Shown piece by piece: positions 1 to 8,593 of a stretch of 32,000 bases of DNA (the first letter of the stretch is position 1; each line of letters starts with the position of its first letter). The notes under the pieces were generated by a model. That model was not told the DNA's origin and searched no databases. It worked only from the letters and a program-made list of their open reading frames with translations. The DNA is from Candidatus Saccharimonadota bacterium (GTDB lineage Bacteria > Patescibacteriota > Gracilibacteria > UBA1369 > 2-02-FULL-48-14), in assembly GCA_016699145.1 (NCBI GenBank), contig CP064962.1:1306974-1338973 (forward strand), in the 5' to 3' direction. Both the position numbers and the translations under genes were made by a program.

Positions 1-588
1 ATGATGATCAGCATTGCCGGGCCCATCGCAGAGGTTTTTGACTACCGACAGGGCAATTTCATCAGCGATCCCTCGGACTTCACGGAGCGGGTCCGAATTT
101 TTGACAATGTCACTCAACTCATCATCACTTTCCTCAAATATCTTTTAGGAGGACTCGCCACGCTCATGGCCGTTCGGGCGGGAGCCATGCTCGTGATGTC
201 AGGGGACAATGACGACGACGTGAGTAAGGCAAAAAAACAACTCACGCTCAGTCTAGCGGGTTTGATGCTCATTTTCGTTTCCAATTTGGTGATCCGTCGT
301 ATTTTCTATGTTGCCACTTACAGCACCAATGCCGAAGCCACCATCGTGCAACTGGACCAAAACGAATTCATTCGCCAACTCGTGGCTGTCACCAATTTGA
401 TGATCAGTTTCTTAGGCCCCATCATGATGCTGGGCATTGTGATTGGAGGCTTCCTTTACGTGACTTCTCAAGGGGAAGAAGAAAAGACGGGTCTCGCCAA
501 AAAAATCATCACCAATTCCATCATTGGAATCGTCATTATTTATGGAGCTTTTGCCCTTGTTTCAACTCTTATTGCAGGTCAATTCTAA
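1..588 (+). CDS. T4SS-pilin-like (TrbC/VirB2-type; resembles Pfam T4SS_pilin PF18895) membrane protein with two helical-hairpin modules. The 5' end may be cut by the window edge.
   Basis: Two copies of the pattern TM helix, short acidic/basic loop, TM helix: ...AGAMLVMSGDNDDDVSKAKKQLTLSLAGLMLIF... and ...GGFLYVTSQGEEEKTGLAKKIITNSIIGIVIIYGAFALV. The second matches my recollection of the T4SS_pilin consensus (G-x-x-Y-x-T-S-x-G-x-x-E-x-x-x-x-AKK-x-I-x-x-x-x-I-G). The ORF begins at base 1, so the true start is unknown. The next gene begins 3 nt downstream. Confidence 0.7.
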   Translation: MMISIAGPIAEVFDYRQGNFISDPSDFTERVRIFDNVTQLIITFLKYLLGGLATLMAVRAGAMLVMSGDNDDDVSKAKKQLTLSLAGLMLIFVSNLVIRRIFYVATYSTNAEATIVQLDQNEFIRQLVAVTNLMISFLGPIMMLGIVIGGFLYVTSQGEEEKTGLAKKIITNSIIGIVIIYGAFALVSTLIAGQF

Positions 589-591
589 TTC

Positions 592-1533
592 ATGAAAAAA
601 ATCCTCTTCACTTTCGCCCTCGCTGTGCTCGCCTCCACCGCACCCCATGTGGCAGCCACGAGCATTCAATTCCAAGAAATTTTGGATGATTTTCAAGAAG
701 ACGTAGCCAGCGAAAGTCAAGATGTGCAAGAAGGAGCAGAAGGCATCACCTTGCCCAATTTCAGTGAAGATGCTGAGGAAGGGGCCGACATCATTGTGTT
801 GACCATCCGCCGTTTTTTGGACTTTTTTAAACTGATTGTGGCTCCTTTTGCCGTGCTGTTCGCCGTCATCATGGGGGTACGCATGGTCTCTGCAGGTCAA
901 GAAAATGAAGAAGTGGCAGGACAAGCAAAAAATTTCATCCGCTACGCCTTGGAAGGTCTCATCATTATTTTTATGTCCGATTCCATTGTGAATGTGATGT
1001 TTGGCGCCGAAGGAGAAGTCTTCAGAGAAGGACAAGCGGGAGTGCAAGAGTTTGCAACGCGCAGCAGCAATCTTTTTAAAGGGATTTATACTTTGGTTCA
1101 AACCGTCATCGCCTCCATTGCCGTCTTTGTACTGGTCATGGCCGGGATGCGTTACGTGGTGGGTTCCACCAGTGACGACCAAATCGGTAAAGCCAAAAAT
1201 CAGATCAAATGGGCCTTTGTGGGTCTTTTTGTGATTGGGATTTCTGAATTTGTGGTCAAAGATATCCTCTTTGAAAACTATGGACAAACTCTGGGAATCG
1301 AATCCGCCAAAGAACTCTTTGTGGATCTCACCAATTTTGTTTCAGGCACTTTGGGAACCTTGGCTTTCGTCATGCTCATTTACGCAGGTTTTTTATACCT
1401 CACCGCTTCTCAAAACGAGGACAATGCCGCTAAAGCCAAGAAGATCATTTTTGCCGCTTTGATTGGAATTGTGATCGCCATTTCGGCCTTTGCCATCACA
1501 AACACCTTTGTGGAGCTTGATGCTTCCCGATAA
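592..1533 (+). CDS. Secreted or membrane T4SS-pilin-like protein with three tandem pilin hairpins
   Basis: Signal peptide MKKILFTFALAVLASTAPHVAA. Three hairpin loops each lie between hydrophobic helices: VSAGQENEEVAGQAKNFIRYALEGLIIIF, VVGSTSDDQIGKAKNQIKWAFVGLFVIGI and LTASQNEDNAAKAKKIIFAALIGIVIAISAFAI. The gene is tightly packed between pilin-like neighbours. Confidence 0.7.
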   Translation: MKKILFTFALAVLASTAPHVAATSIQFQEILDDFQEDVASESQDVQEGAEGITLPNFSEDAEEGADIIVLTIRRFLDFFKLIVAPFAVLFAVIMGVRMVSAGQENEEVAGQAKNFIRYALEGLIIIFMSDSIVNVMFGAEGEVFREGQAGVQEFATRSSNLFKGIYTLVQTVIASIAVFVLVMAGMRYVVGSTSDDQIGKAKNQIKWAFVGLFVIGISEFVVKDILFENYGQTLGIESAKELFVDLTNFVSGTLGTLAFVMLIYAGFLYLTASQNEDNAAKAKKIIFAALIGIVIAISAFAITNTFVELDASR

Positions 1534-1547
1534 CTCTCTATAATACT

Positions 1548-4500
1548 ATGGAAAGAATCCTCGCCATGACTTTAAAACCTCGTACCTTTCTCGCGACCCT
1601 GCTCCTCTTGAGCGGTCTCCTAACGGCCGTTCCGGTGGCTCAAGCCATCAGCGTTCCCATTGGGGATCAAGACTTGGAACAAGGGGATTTACAACCTGAA
1701 GATTGTGCCAATTTGGATGAAAGCTTAGCGGGTGCATTTGGCTGTGACACCAGCGATACCGTCACCGATTTTGTGGACTTCACCGGGGAATTGGAAGGAC
1801 CCGATGCCGCCGGTTACGACGAAGCTCTCACCGAAAACACCAATGCGCGCGATTTCATTCAATCCGTCGTCAACTTTGCACTTTCTTTTGTGGGACTGAT
1901 TTGTGTGGTCACCGTCATTTACGGAGGTCTCTTGTATGTGACCAGCCGTGGGGACGAAGAGCAAACCTCCAAAGCCAAAAAAGCCATCACTTATTCAGTG
2001 ATTGGAATTGTGATCATCATGGGGTCCTTTGCCTTTGTGAACACCATTTTGCAGGTGGGCGGCGGGGGAAGCACAGGAGACGGCAACGGCACGGCTTTGA
2101 ATGGAGAGACCATCAATGAATCGGGCGCCGCCTTCGACGTGAAAGACGTGCTCGACGAAATCGAACAAATCACCGAAGAATATGTGGAAGCCTATCAAAC
2201 CTTGCTCGCAGTGAATAAAGAAGTGTCCTCGATGCAAGCCTTAGAAATGCCCGTAGTGGTGGAAGTGACAGAAAGGGAAAGAAGTTTAGGAGGAGTGATC
2301 GACTTCACCACCGAATATTTTACCGGTGAAGACGACGATTTCGCCGACACCTATACGGTTTTGGAAGAAGCGAGAGTGGATGCTTACACCACCAGCCTCG
2401 CTCGTGCCGCTCAAAACATCATGTCCGAAACCGATGCCCTGAGTGACACTTATGAAGACGCTTATCAATTGTATCAATATTTGCAATACGGCAGCCGAAA
2501 TTTTGTGGCAGACGGTGACCCTGAGGCAGAGGCGTGTAACACGCTGAGTTTCAACGTTCGCGATAGAGAAGTGAATGGGAATTTGGGCTGGACCCGAACC
2601 GATGCCGAGGTGCAAGTGGTGGATCCTTACATTTGCAACTACATTGCCGCCATTTTGCAAAGCGCGGAATCCGACTACTTAGAAGTGATTGGAGATTCAG
2701 GTGTGGGGCTCATCGGTCGCTTTGAAGAATTGAAAGCGCTTTTCGACGTCAGTGAAAATGCAAGCGGTTCCAATCTCACCGGCATTGTGATGGCTTTGTC
2801 CAACGCACAAACCGCTTTGACCAATGCAAAAACCGTGATCAGCAACAGCACTATTCAAGAGATCCAATACGCTATGAACGAGCTTTATGAATTGGTGAAA
2901 AATGTCGAATTCGTTCAAGTGAGACTCACCGCTACGGTGGTGGAGGGCAATGCGCCTTTGTTGGTGCGTTTTGATATTTTGGGTACGGAAGATCCCAGCG
3001 GAAACACAGTGGAAGATGCTCAAATTCAATGGGATTTGGATGGAAATGGAGTTTATGACGAAGCCGCAGTGGGTGAAGATTTAGGCGCAGATTCCATCAG
3101 TTACATTTTTGATCAAGCAGGCACTTATAGAGTCAAAGTACGGGTGCTCAGTTCAGAACCCGACATTGCAGCAGGAGTTTCCACAGTGAGCATTCGAGTG
3201 CAGCCCGCAAAATCCCTCATCGTCATCAACGCCACAGTCGGTTCCAATGGCCCTCAAGCCATCGCCAACTTCATTCAGTCGCCAGCCATCAATAAGCCCA
3301 AGTTCAAAGTCACGGCCTCGGAAGCCTCCTCAGAAGCAGGGATTTTATTCGACGCCTCAGAAAGCACTGATGGAGAAGGAAACGTGTCTGGAATTCGCTA
3401 TTATGAATGGGACTTTGGGGACAATGAAACAGAAGCCGGCAATTTTGAGCAAGCGGCCACCATTCGTCATTTCTATGCTCAAGAAGGAGTCTATGACGTG
3501 TCGCTGACCGTCACCGATCAAGATGGCGTGAAAGACAGCAAATACTTTAAACTTTACGTTGCCACCCCTGCAGCTCGCATCAATGCGTCTCCGGCCCTGG
3601 GCATCGCAGGCACGACCTTCACCTTAGATGGATCTTCCTCCACCGCGGATGTCGGTTCGATTCGAAACTATCAATGGTCAGTGAGCAAGCAAGGAGGCGC
3701 CGCCATAAACCTTTCTCAAAACACCGGAAGCAGCATTCAAGTCACTTTAAACGAGCCTGGAATTTATGATGTGAACCTGAACGTATCCGACACTTCCTCT
3801 AAATCGGATGCAGCCACCGCCTTCGTGGTGGTGGAATCTCAAGCTCCTGTGGTGACTTACACCTATGAAATTGAAAATGAAAATCAGCCCTCCATTGTCA
3901 CTTTCGACGCTCGAAACAGTTACGATCCCGACCCCAACGACCGCTTGGAATTTTCTTGGGATTTCGGCGGCTTTGAAGGGGAGGATTACATCATTCTAGA
4001 AGAATCGGAAGATCAATCGGAAGTCACCGTTCAATTCTTAGACACCGGGGCTTACACCGTGCTGCTCACGGGTCACGATCAACACCCGCAGGCCATTCAA
4101 AAAAGCGACACAGCCACCGCCACCATTCAGGTGAATTCTATTTTGGATGTCGACCTCACAGTGAGCGGAGATGAAGCGCGGCATTTGAACCAAGATGGAG
4201 AAGCCGAAGTGGAATTCACTGCAGAAAGTGAATTCGGCTCCGCCTTTCAAATTGAATATGGAGACGGGGAAGTGGATTTTACCGACACACTCACCAATGG
4301 AAGAGCCATTTTCACTCATACTTACAAGCAAGCGGGGGTCTTTTATGTGAAACTCACCACCTACGATGACTCCGAACAGGAAGAAACCAACACCGACACT
4401 GTTCGTGTCTACATTGGCTCGGGCAACGCCCCCATTGCCGTGATTGGAATTGGAGCCGAAAACACCGACATCGGTACAGGGCCCAGTTTTGTGGGCAGCG

Positions 4501-6395
4501 TGAAAACAACCTTCACCTTCTCTGCAAGCAATTCTGTGAATGTGGACGGCAGCAATCAAAACCTAACTTACAGTTGGAATTTTGGAGATGGCAGCACGGC
4601 GAATCAAGCGACCGTTACCCATAAATTTACAGAAAAAGCCACCTACAACGTCACCCTCACTGTGAAAGATAAAAACGACCCCAGCATCAGTGATGAAGCC
4701 GTGGTTCCCATTCAAATTCAAGGCATTGAGCCCAAAATCCAAAGCATTTCAGTGGTTCCCGTAAGCACCACCGAACTCACCACACCCCTCAAGGTCAACG
4801 TCTCGGTTACTGCTTCTGATGACGATGGAAAAATCACTTACATAAGAGGCTGGTATTACGACTTGGACGATTCCGCCACTCCACTCGGAACCGTGATTTC
4901 AGAATCCGGAAACTTCACTCTCACGCTCAACACCAACGGAGAAGAAGGTGAAAATAAAGAATACGGTTTTGCCGTGGAAGTCACCGACAACGACAACCAA
5001 ACAGTGTCCAGTTTTGATCAACTCGATCCCGCAGACATCCCCACGCTTTCTGTCATCAACGGGCCCAACGACAGTCCCGTAGCCTCTTTTTCAGTGGATA
5101 AATCTTCTCGTTACGTGGGGGAAGAAGTCACCTTTTCAAGCCTTTCTTACGACCCCGATGGAGAAATCGTGACCTACTGGTGGGACATTGAAGGCGATGG
5201 ATTTTACAACAATGAGCCGACCCAAGTCAGCTCCTACACTTATGAATTTTCTCAAGTGCACAGTGAAGGCATCCCCGTGCGCTTAAAAGTGGAAGACAGT
5301 GCGGGCGCTACGGCTGAATCCGAACCCGTGATGATTTATGTGGACTCTTTGGCAGAAGATCCTGATGCCAAGTTTTTAACCGACATCGATGGCACTTATG
5401 TTCAGTTCCGTAACAATTCTTTTGTCGACAGTGAAAACGGCGCAGAACTCGCCGGCACGTATTGGGATTTTGACCTGCAAAACGACAGCGATGGCAATGG
5501 AGTCAAAGACGACGACTTCGATTCTTTTGAAGAAAATCCCACATACAATTACGAAGAATTCGGTGTTTATAAAGTCAAAATGACCGTGGTGGACACCGTT
5601 GGACAAAGCGACACCGTGACGCAAGACATTGAAGTCAAAGAAACCGCCGCACCCGTGGCTGCCTTCACCTTCACCGTAGATGAAAAAAACGTTACTTTTA
5701 GGAACACCAGCACCGTGGACACCGAACATGGAGTGGACGTGCGCACTTACGCCTGGGATTTCGACACCACTCTAGATTCCAATGGCGATTCAGAAACGGA
5801 CAATGACACTGATGCAGAATTGAAAAACCCAAGCCACGAATACGCGGATTACGGCACTTATGAAGTGACCCTCACCGTGGTGGATACCTATGGAAAAATC
5901 GACACGGTCACTCAAACGGTGGAAATTGAAAATCCCATTCAAGCCTTGAATGCCATCTTAAGCAGCGTGCCTCAAGCCAATTCTTTGTCTCAAATTCTAT
6001 TGAGGCAAGATGGCCAAGAAGTCAGTTTCTATTTTGGAGCCGAAGGGGGCAGTGAAGACTATCATTTCAGCTTGGATAAAAACATTTTTTACGACAGCAA
6101 CGCGGATGGAATACGCGACAACGACGAAGATTACAGCTCTTCTTCACCGGGTTCTTGGAAAACTCCTTTCTTCATTTCTTACGGACAAATCGTGACCAAA
6201 CTCACCGTAACCGACAATGAAACCGGCGACAGAGACATCAGCACCCTTCAAGTGGTCTTTGAAGGACACTTGGGAAGTGCTAATCTGTTCAATGCCACGC
6301 CCAAACAAATGGCACTGCTCATCTTGAGCGCCGCACTCACGGCTGCACTTGGAGTGAGCATGGCCTTTCGTTACAAACCTTTACCACGCCGCTAA
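1548..6395 (+). CDS. Giant (1615 aa) surface protein: signal peptide, one T4SS-pilin-like hairpin, a helical region, about 11 PKD/Ig-like domains and a C-terminal TM anchor
   Basis: Signal peptide ...LLLLSGLLTAVPVAQA. Pilin hairpin GGLLYVTSRGDEEQTSKAKKAITYSVIGIVIIMGSFAFV. Gly-rich linker GGGGSTGDGNG. PKD-type motifs recur about every 90-100 aa (IQWDLDGNG, YEWDFGDNE, YQWSVSKQ, FSWDFGG, IEYGDGE, YSWNFGDGS, YWWDIEGDG, TYWDFDLQNDSDGNG, YAWDFDTTLDSNGD). C-terminal tail MALLILSAALTAALGVSMAFRYKPLPRR. An alternative start at M7 (1566) gives a more canonical signal peptide. Confidence 0.8.
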   Translation: MERILAMTLKPRTFLATLLLLSGLLTAVPVAQAISVPIGDQDLEQGDLQPEDCANLDESLAGAFGCDTSDTVTDFVDFTGELEGPDAAGYDEALTENTNARDFIQSVVNFALSFVGLICVVTVIYGGLLYVTSRGDEEQTSKAKKAITYSVIGIVIIMGSFAFVNTILQVGGGGSTGDGNGTALNGETINESGAAFDVKDVLDEIEQITEEYVEAYQTLLAVNKEVSSMQALEMPVVVEVTERERSLGGVIDFTTEYFTGEDDDFADTYTVLEEARVDAYTTSLARAAQNIMSETDALSDTYEDAYQLYQYLQYGSRNFVADGDPEAEACNTLSFNVRDREVNGNLGWTRTDAEVQVVDPYICNYIAAILQSAESDYLEVIGDSGVGLIGRFEELKALFDVSENASGSNLTGIVMALSNAQTALTNAKTVISNSTIQEIQYAMNELYELVKNVEFVQVRLTATVVEGNAPLLVRFDILGTEDPSGNTVEDAQIQWDLDGNGVYDEAAVGEDLGADSISYIFDQAGTYRVKVRVLSSEPDIAAGVSTVSIRVQPAKSLIVINATVGSNGPQAIANFIQSPAINKPKFKVTASEASSEAGILFDASESTDGEGNVSGIRYYEWDFGDNETEAGNFEQAATIRHFYAQEGVYDVSLTVTDQDGVKDSKYFKLYVATPAARINASPALGIAGTTFTLDGSSSTADVGSIRNYQWSVSKQGGAAINLSQNTGSSIQVTLNEPGIYDVNLNVSDTSSKSDAATAFVVVESQAPVVTYTYEIENENQPSIVTFDARNSYDPDPNDRLEFSWDFGGFEGEDYIILEESEDQSEVTVQFLDTGAYTVLLTGHDQHPQAIQKSDTATATIQVNSILDVDLTVSGDEARHLNQDGEAEVEFTAESEFGSAFQIEYGDGEVDFTDTLTNGRAIFTHTYKQAGVFYVKLTTYDDSEQEETNTDTVRVYIGSGNAPIAVIGIGAENTDIGTGPSFVGSVKTTFTFSASNSVNVDGSNQNLTYSWNFGDGSTANQATVTHKFTEKATYNVTLTVKDKNDPSISDEAVVPIQIQGIEPKIQSISVVPVSTTELTTPLKVNVSVTASDDDGKITYIRGWYYDLDDSATPLGTVISESGNFTLTLNTNGEEGENKEYGFAVEVTDNDNQTVSSFDQLDPADIPTLSVINGPNDSPVASFSVDKSSRYVGEEVTFSSLSYDPDGEIVTYWWDIEGDGFYNNEPTQVSSYTYEFSQVHSEGIPVRLKVEDSAGATAESEPVMIYVDSLAEDPDAKFLTDIDGTYVQFRNNSFVDSENGAELAGTYWDFDLQNDSDGNGVKDDDFDSFEENPTYNYEEFGVYKVKMTVVDTVGQSDTVTQDIEVKETAAPVAAFTFTVDEKNVTFRNTSTVDTEHGVDVRTYAWDFDTTLDSNGDSETDNDTDAELKNPSHEYADYGTYEVTLTVVDTYGKIDTVTQTVEIENPIQALNAILSSVPQANSLSQILLRQDGQEVSFYFGAEGGSEDYHFSLDKNIFYDSNADGIRDNDEDYSSSSPGSWKTPFFISYGQIVTKLTVTDNETGDRDISTLQVVFEGHLGSANLFNATPKQMALLILSAALTAALGVSMAFRYKPLPRR

Positions 6396-6397
6396 TT

Positions 6398-8593
6398 ATG
6401 GATGTCACGCCCAATCCAATTCCAGAAAACAATCCAAATTTGGAAATGAAACCGAGTCCTGAGCCTGTGCCAAATGCTCCGTCACCTTTGCAAAATCCAG
6501 CGCCTCTGCAAAATTCCGCCTCTTTGCCCAATCCTGCTCCCAAAAAAACTCTGACTCCCGAAGAAAAAAAAGTCCAGCGCCAGGCCACGTTAAAACGCTT
6601 GGCCACGGTTTCAGTCGCCCTTTATGTCTTTCTTTTGTTGTTGATTTTTGCCTGGGGCACCTTCACCGCAGGGGTAGAACTCACGGTTTTTGATTACCTG
6701 CCGCTCAGCCAGAACACCTTCAGTGGAGCCTTGATGACTTTGTTTCATATTCTCTTAGGAGCCAGCGTTTTTATTTTGTTCTTCTACAGTTTAGTGGCTC
6801 TCCTTAAGTCCATGTTCACCAAAAAAGAAGAGGTGGAAAAAAAGAAAAAAGCGTCTCGAAAAGCATTGCTCGGAGGCTTGACCTTTCTCCTGTTTGCAGC
6901 CGCTTGGTTGGCGGGCATTTGGTATTTGGGGCCTCGTTTGGTGCTTACCGATCTTTACGAGTCTCCCATCAAAACCATTCCCACTCAAACGCTGGGTTTG
7001 ACTTCTCCCGTTGAAATTCGTTTCGATGCCAGTGGAATTCCGGTGGACACCAAGCTTTATAGAATTCTTTCTTACACCTGGGATTTTGGAGATGGAGCCA
7101 CGGCCAATGGAGTCAGCACTGCACACACTTACACGCAAAAAGCCACTGGAAACGGAATTTACACCGTGCTTCTTTCCGTGCGTTATGCCGATCTGAGCAC
7201 GGGTGAACAATTTGAAGACACTTTCAAAACCACCGTGGCCATTGCCAATGAAAAGACAGCCGCCTATTTCACGGCCAATCCTGAAGCAGGGGAATTGCCC
7301 TTGAAAGTGCATTTCGACGCCACCAGTTCTTATGATCCCGACGGGGAAATTGTGGCCTACGAATGGGATTTCGACAACGACGGAAGTTTTGATGATGGAG
7401 AAGGAGAAGAAATCGATCACACCTTCACTCAAGAAGGGGACTACCTCGTGTCTTTGCGCGTCACCGACAACAGTGGTGAATACAACACGGCCAGTCTCAC
7501 CATTGAAGCGGGAAGCATTGGAGGCTTGCGTGCCGTCATCACCACCAACGTCGCAGAAGGGGAAGCCTACTACTTGGACGAAGAATATAAATTCGATGGC
7601 TCTCTTTCACAAATTGGAGAAGGGAAAATCACTCAATACAGCTGGGATTTTGGAGATGGCAGTGTTGCCGTAAAGACGCGTTCCGTCAATCACCGTTTTG
7701 AAGCAGTGGGAGTTTATACGGTGGTGCTCACCGTGACCGATCCCGAAGGCAACAGCGATGAAAGCACGCTCGAAGTTCGGGTGGTGGAAGAAGGCTCCGC
7801 TCCCGAGGCAAAAATTTCTACGCTTCCAGCTTTAGAAAATAGAGCCGTTACGGGTCCGGTTCCTTTAGAAGTTCGTTTTGATGCCACTGCTTCTTTCGAT
7901 GAAGAAAACGACATCGTGGACTATGAATGGGATTTCGACAACGATGGAACGGTAGATGACACTGGGGACACCGCTACCCACACGTATCAAGTAGAAGGCT
8001 CTTTTGAAGCCCGCCTCATCACCACCGACTCGGTTGGGAATGTGGACGAAGCCCTCGTGCCCATTGAAGTGACAGCTCAAGGACTCATCGCTCGTCTCGA
8101 AATCGATCAAAGCAATGGAGAAGTGCCGCTCACCGTTGAATTCGACGCCAGCGCATCGACCTACAAAGAAGGCAACATTGTCTCTTATGAATACGATTTT
8201 GGGGATGGAAGTGACAGCTACATTGGAGGCTCCAGCGTCACATATCGTTACAATGCCGTGGGTACTTTCACCGCCAGCGTCACCGTGATCGCGAGCGACG
8301 GAAAAAGAGGCAGCACCAGCGTTCAAATTGTCGTTCGTCCTGTGGCTTTGACGGCTTGTTTCACCGTGAACACCGATTCCGGACAAGCACCCCTCTTCGT
8401 TTCTGTGGATCCTTCCTGTTCGGAGGGCACCGTGGATTCCTATCATTGGGATTTTGGCGACGGGGAAATCAGTTTTGACCGCAAACCCGAAACCCACACC
8501 TATTCCACTCCCGGCACCTACACCATCACTTTAGAAGTGACCAGTGCAGAAGGAATCGTCAGCGTCTTTGAAAATGAAATCACCGTGCGCTAA
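6398..8593 (+). CDS. Membrane-anchored PKD-domain protein (731 aa) with a Pro-rich N-terminus, three TM helices and six PKD domains
   Basis: N-terminus is rich in P/N/L (PSPLQNPAPLQNSASLPNPAP). Three hydrophobic helices; TM2, a charged loop and TM3 (LVALLKSMFTKKEEVEKKKKASRKALLGGLTFLL) loosely resemble the pilin hairpin. Six PKD motifs: YTWDFGDGA, YEWDFDNDG, YSWDFGDGS, YEWDFDNDG, YEYDFGDGS, YHWDFGDGE. The start lies 2 nt after the upstream stop. Confidence 0.8.
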   Translation: MDVTPNPIPENNPNLEMKPSPEPVPNAPSPLQNPAPLQNSASLPNPAPKKTLTPEEKKVQRQATLKRLATVSVALYVFLLLLIFAWGTFTAGVELTVFDYLPLSQNTFSGALMTLFHILLGASVFILFFYSLVALLKSMFTKKEEVEKKKKASRKALLGGLTFLLFAAAWLAGIWYLGPRLVLTDLYESPIKTIPTQTLGLTSPVEIRFDASGIPVDTKLYRILSYTWDFGDGATANGVSTAHTYTQKATGNGIYTVLLSVRYADLSTGEQFEDTFKTTVAIANEKTAAYFTANPEAGELPLKVHFDATSSYDPDGEIVAYEWDFDNDGSFDDGEGEEIDHTFTQEGDYLVSLRVTDNSGEYNTASLTIEAGSIGGLRAVITTNVAEGEAYYLDEEYKFDGSLSQIGEGKITQYSWDFGDGSVAVKTRSVNHRFEAVGVYTVVLTVTDPEGNSDESTLEVRVVEEGSAPEAKISTLPALENRAVTGPVPLEVRFDATASFDEENDIVDYEWDFDNDGTVDDTGDTATHTYQVEGSFEARLITTDSVGNVDEALVPIEVTAQGLIARLEIDQSNGEVPLTVEFDASASTYKEGNIVSYEYDFGDGSDSYIGGSSVTYRYNAVGTFTASVTVIASDGKRGSTSVQIVVRPVALTACFTVNTDSGQAPLFVSVDPSCSEGTVDSYHWDFGDGEISFDRKPETHTYSTPGTYTITLEVTSAEGIVSVFENEITVR

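Noticed and set aside
562-1287. A 241-aa minus-strand ORF antisense to the pilin-like genes. Similar long antisense ORFs occur at 4038-4559, 6791-7432, 7865-8497, 12449-13204, 20490-21290, 21816-22364 and 23903-24484.
   Set aside because: Each lies entirely inside a gene on the other strand that has strong motif support. Their compositions are His/Cys/Phe/Gly-rich and lack motifs. They look like shadow ORFs from stop-poor antisense frames.
2920-8590. Periodic repeats that could be mistaken for a CRISPR array or tandem DNA repeat.
   Set aside because: The periodicity is at the protein-domain level (PKD modules of about 270-300 nt). Only short motif-level DNA identity is present (tgggattttggagatgg). 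There are no short identical repeats separated by unique spacers.
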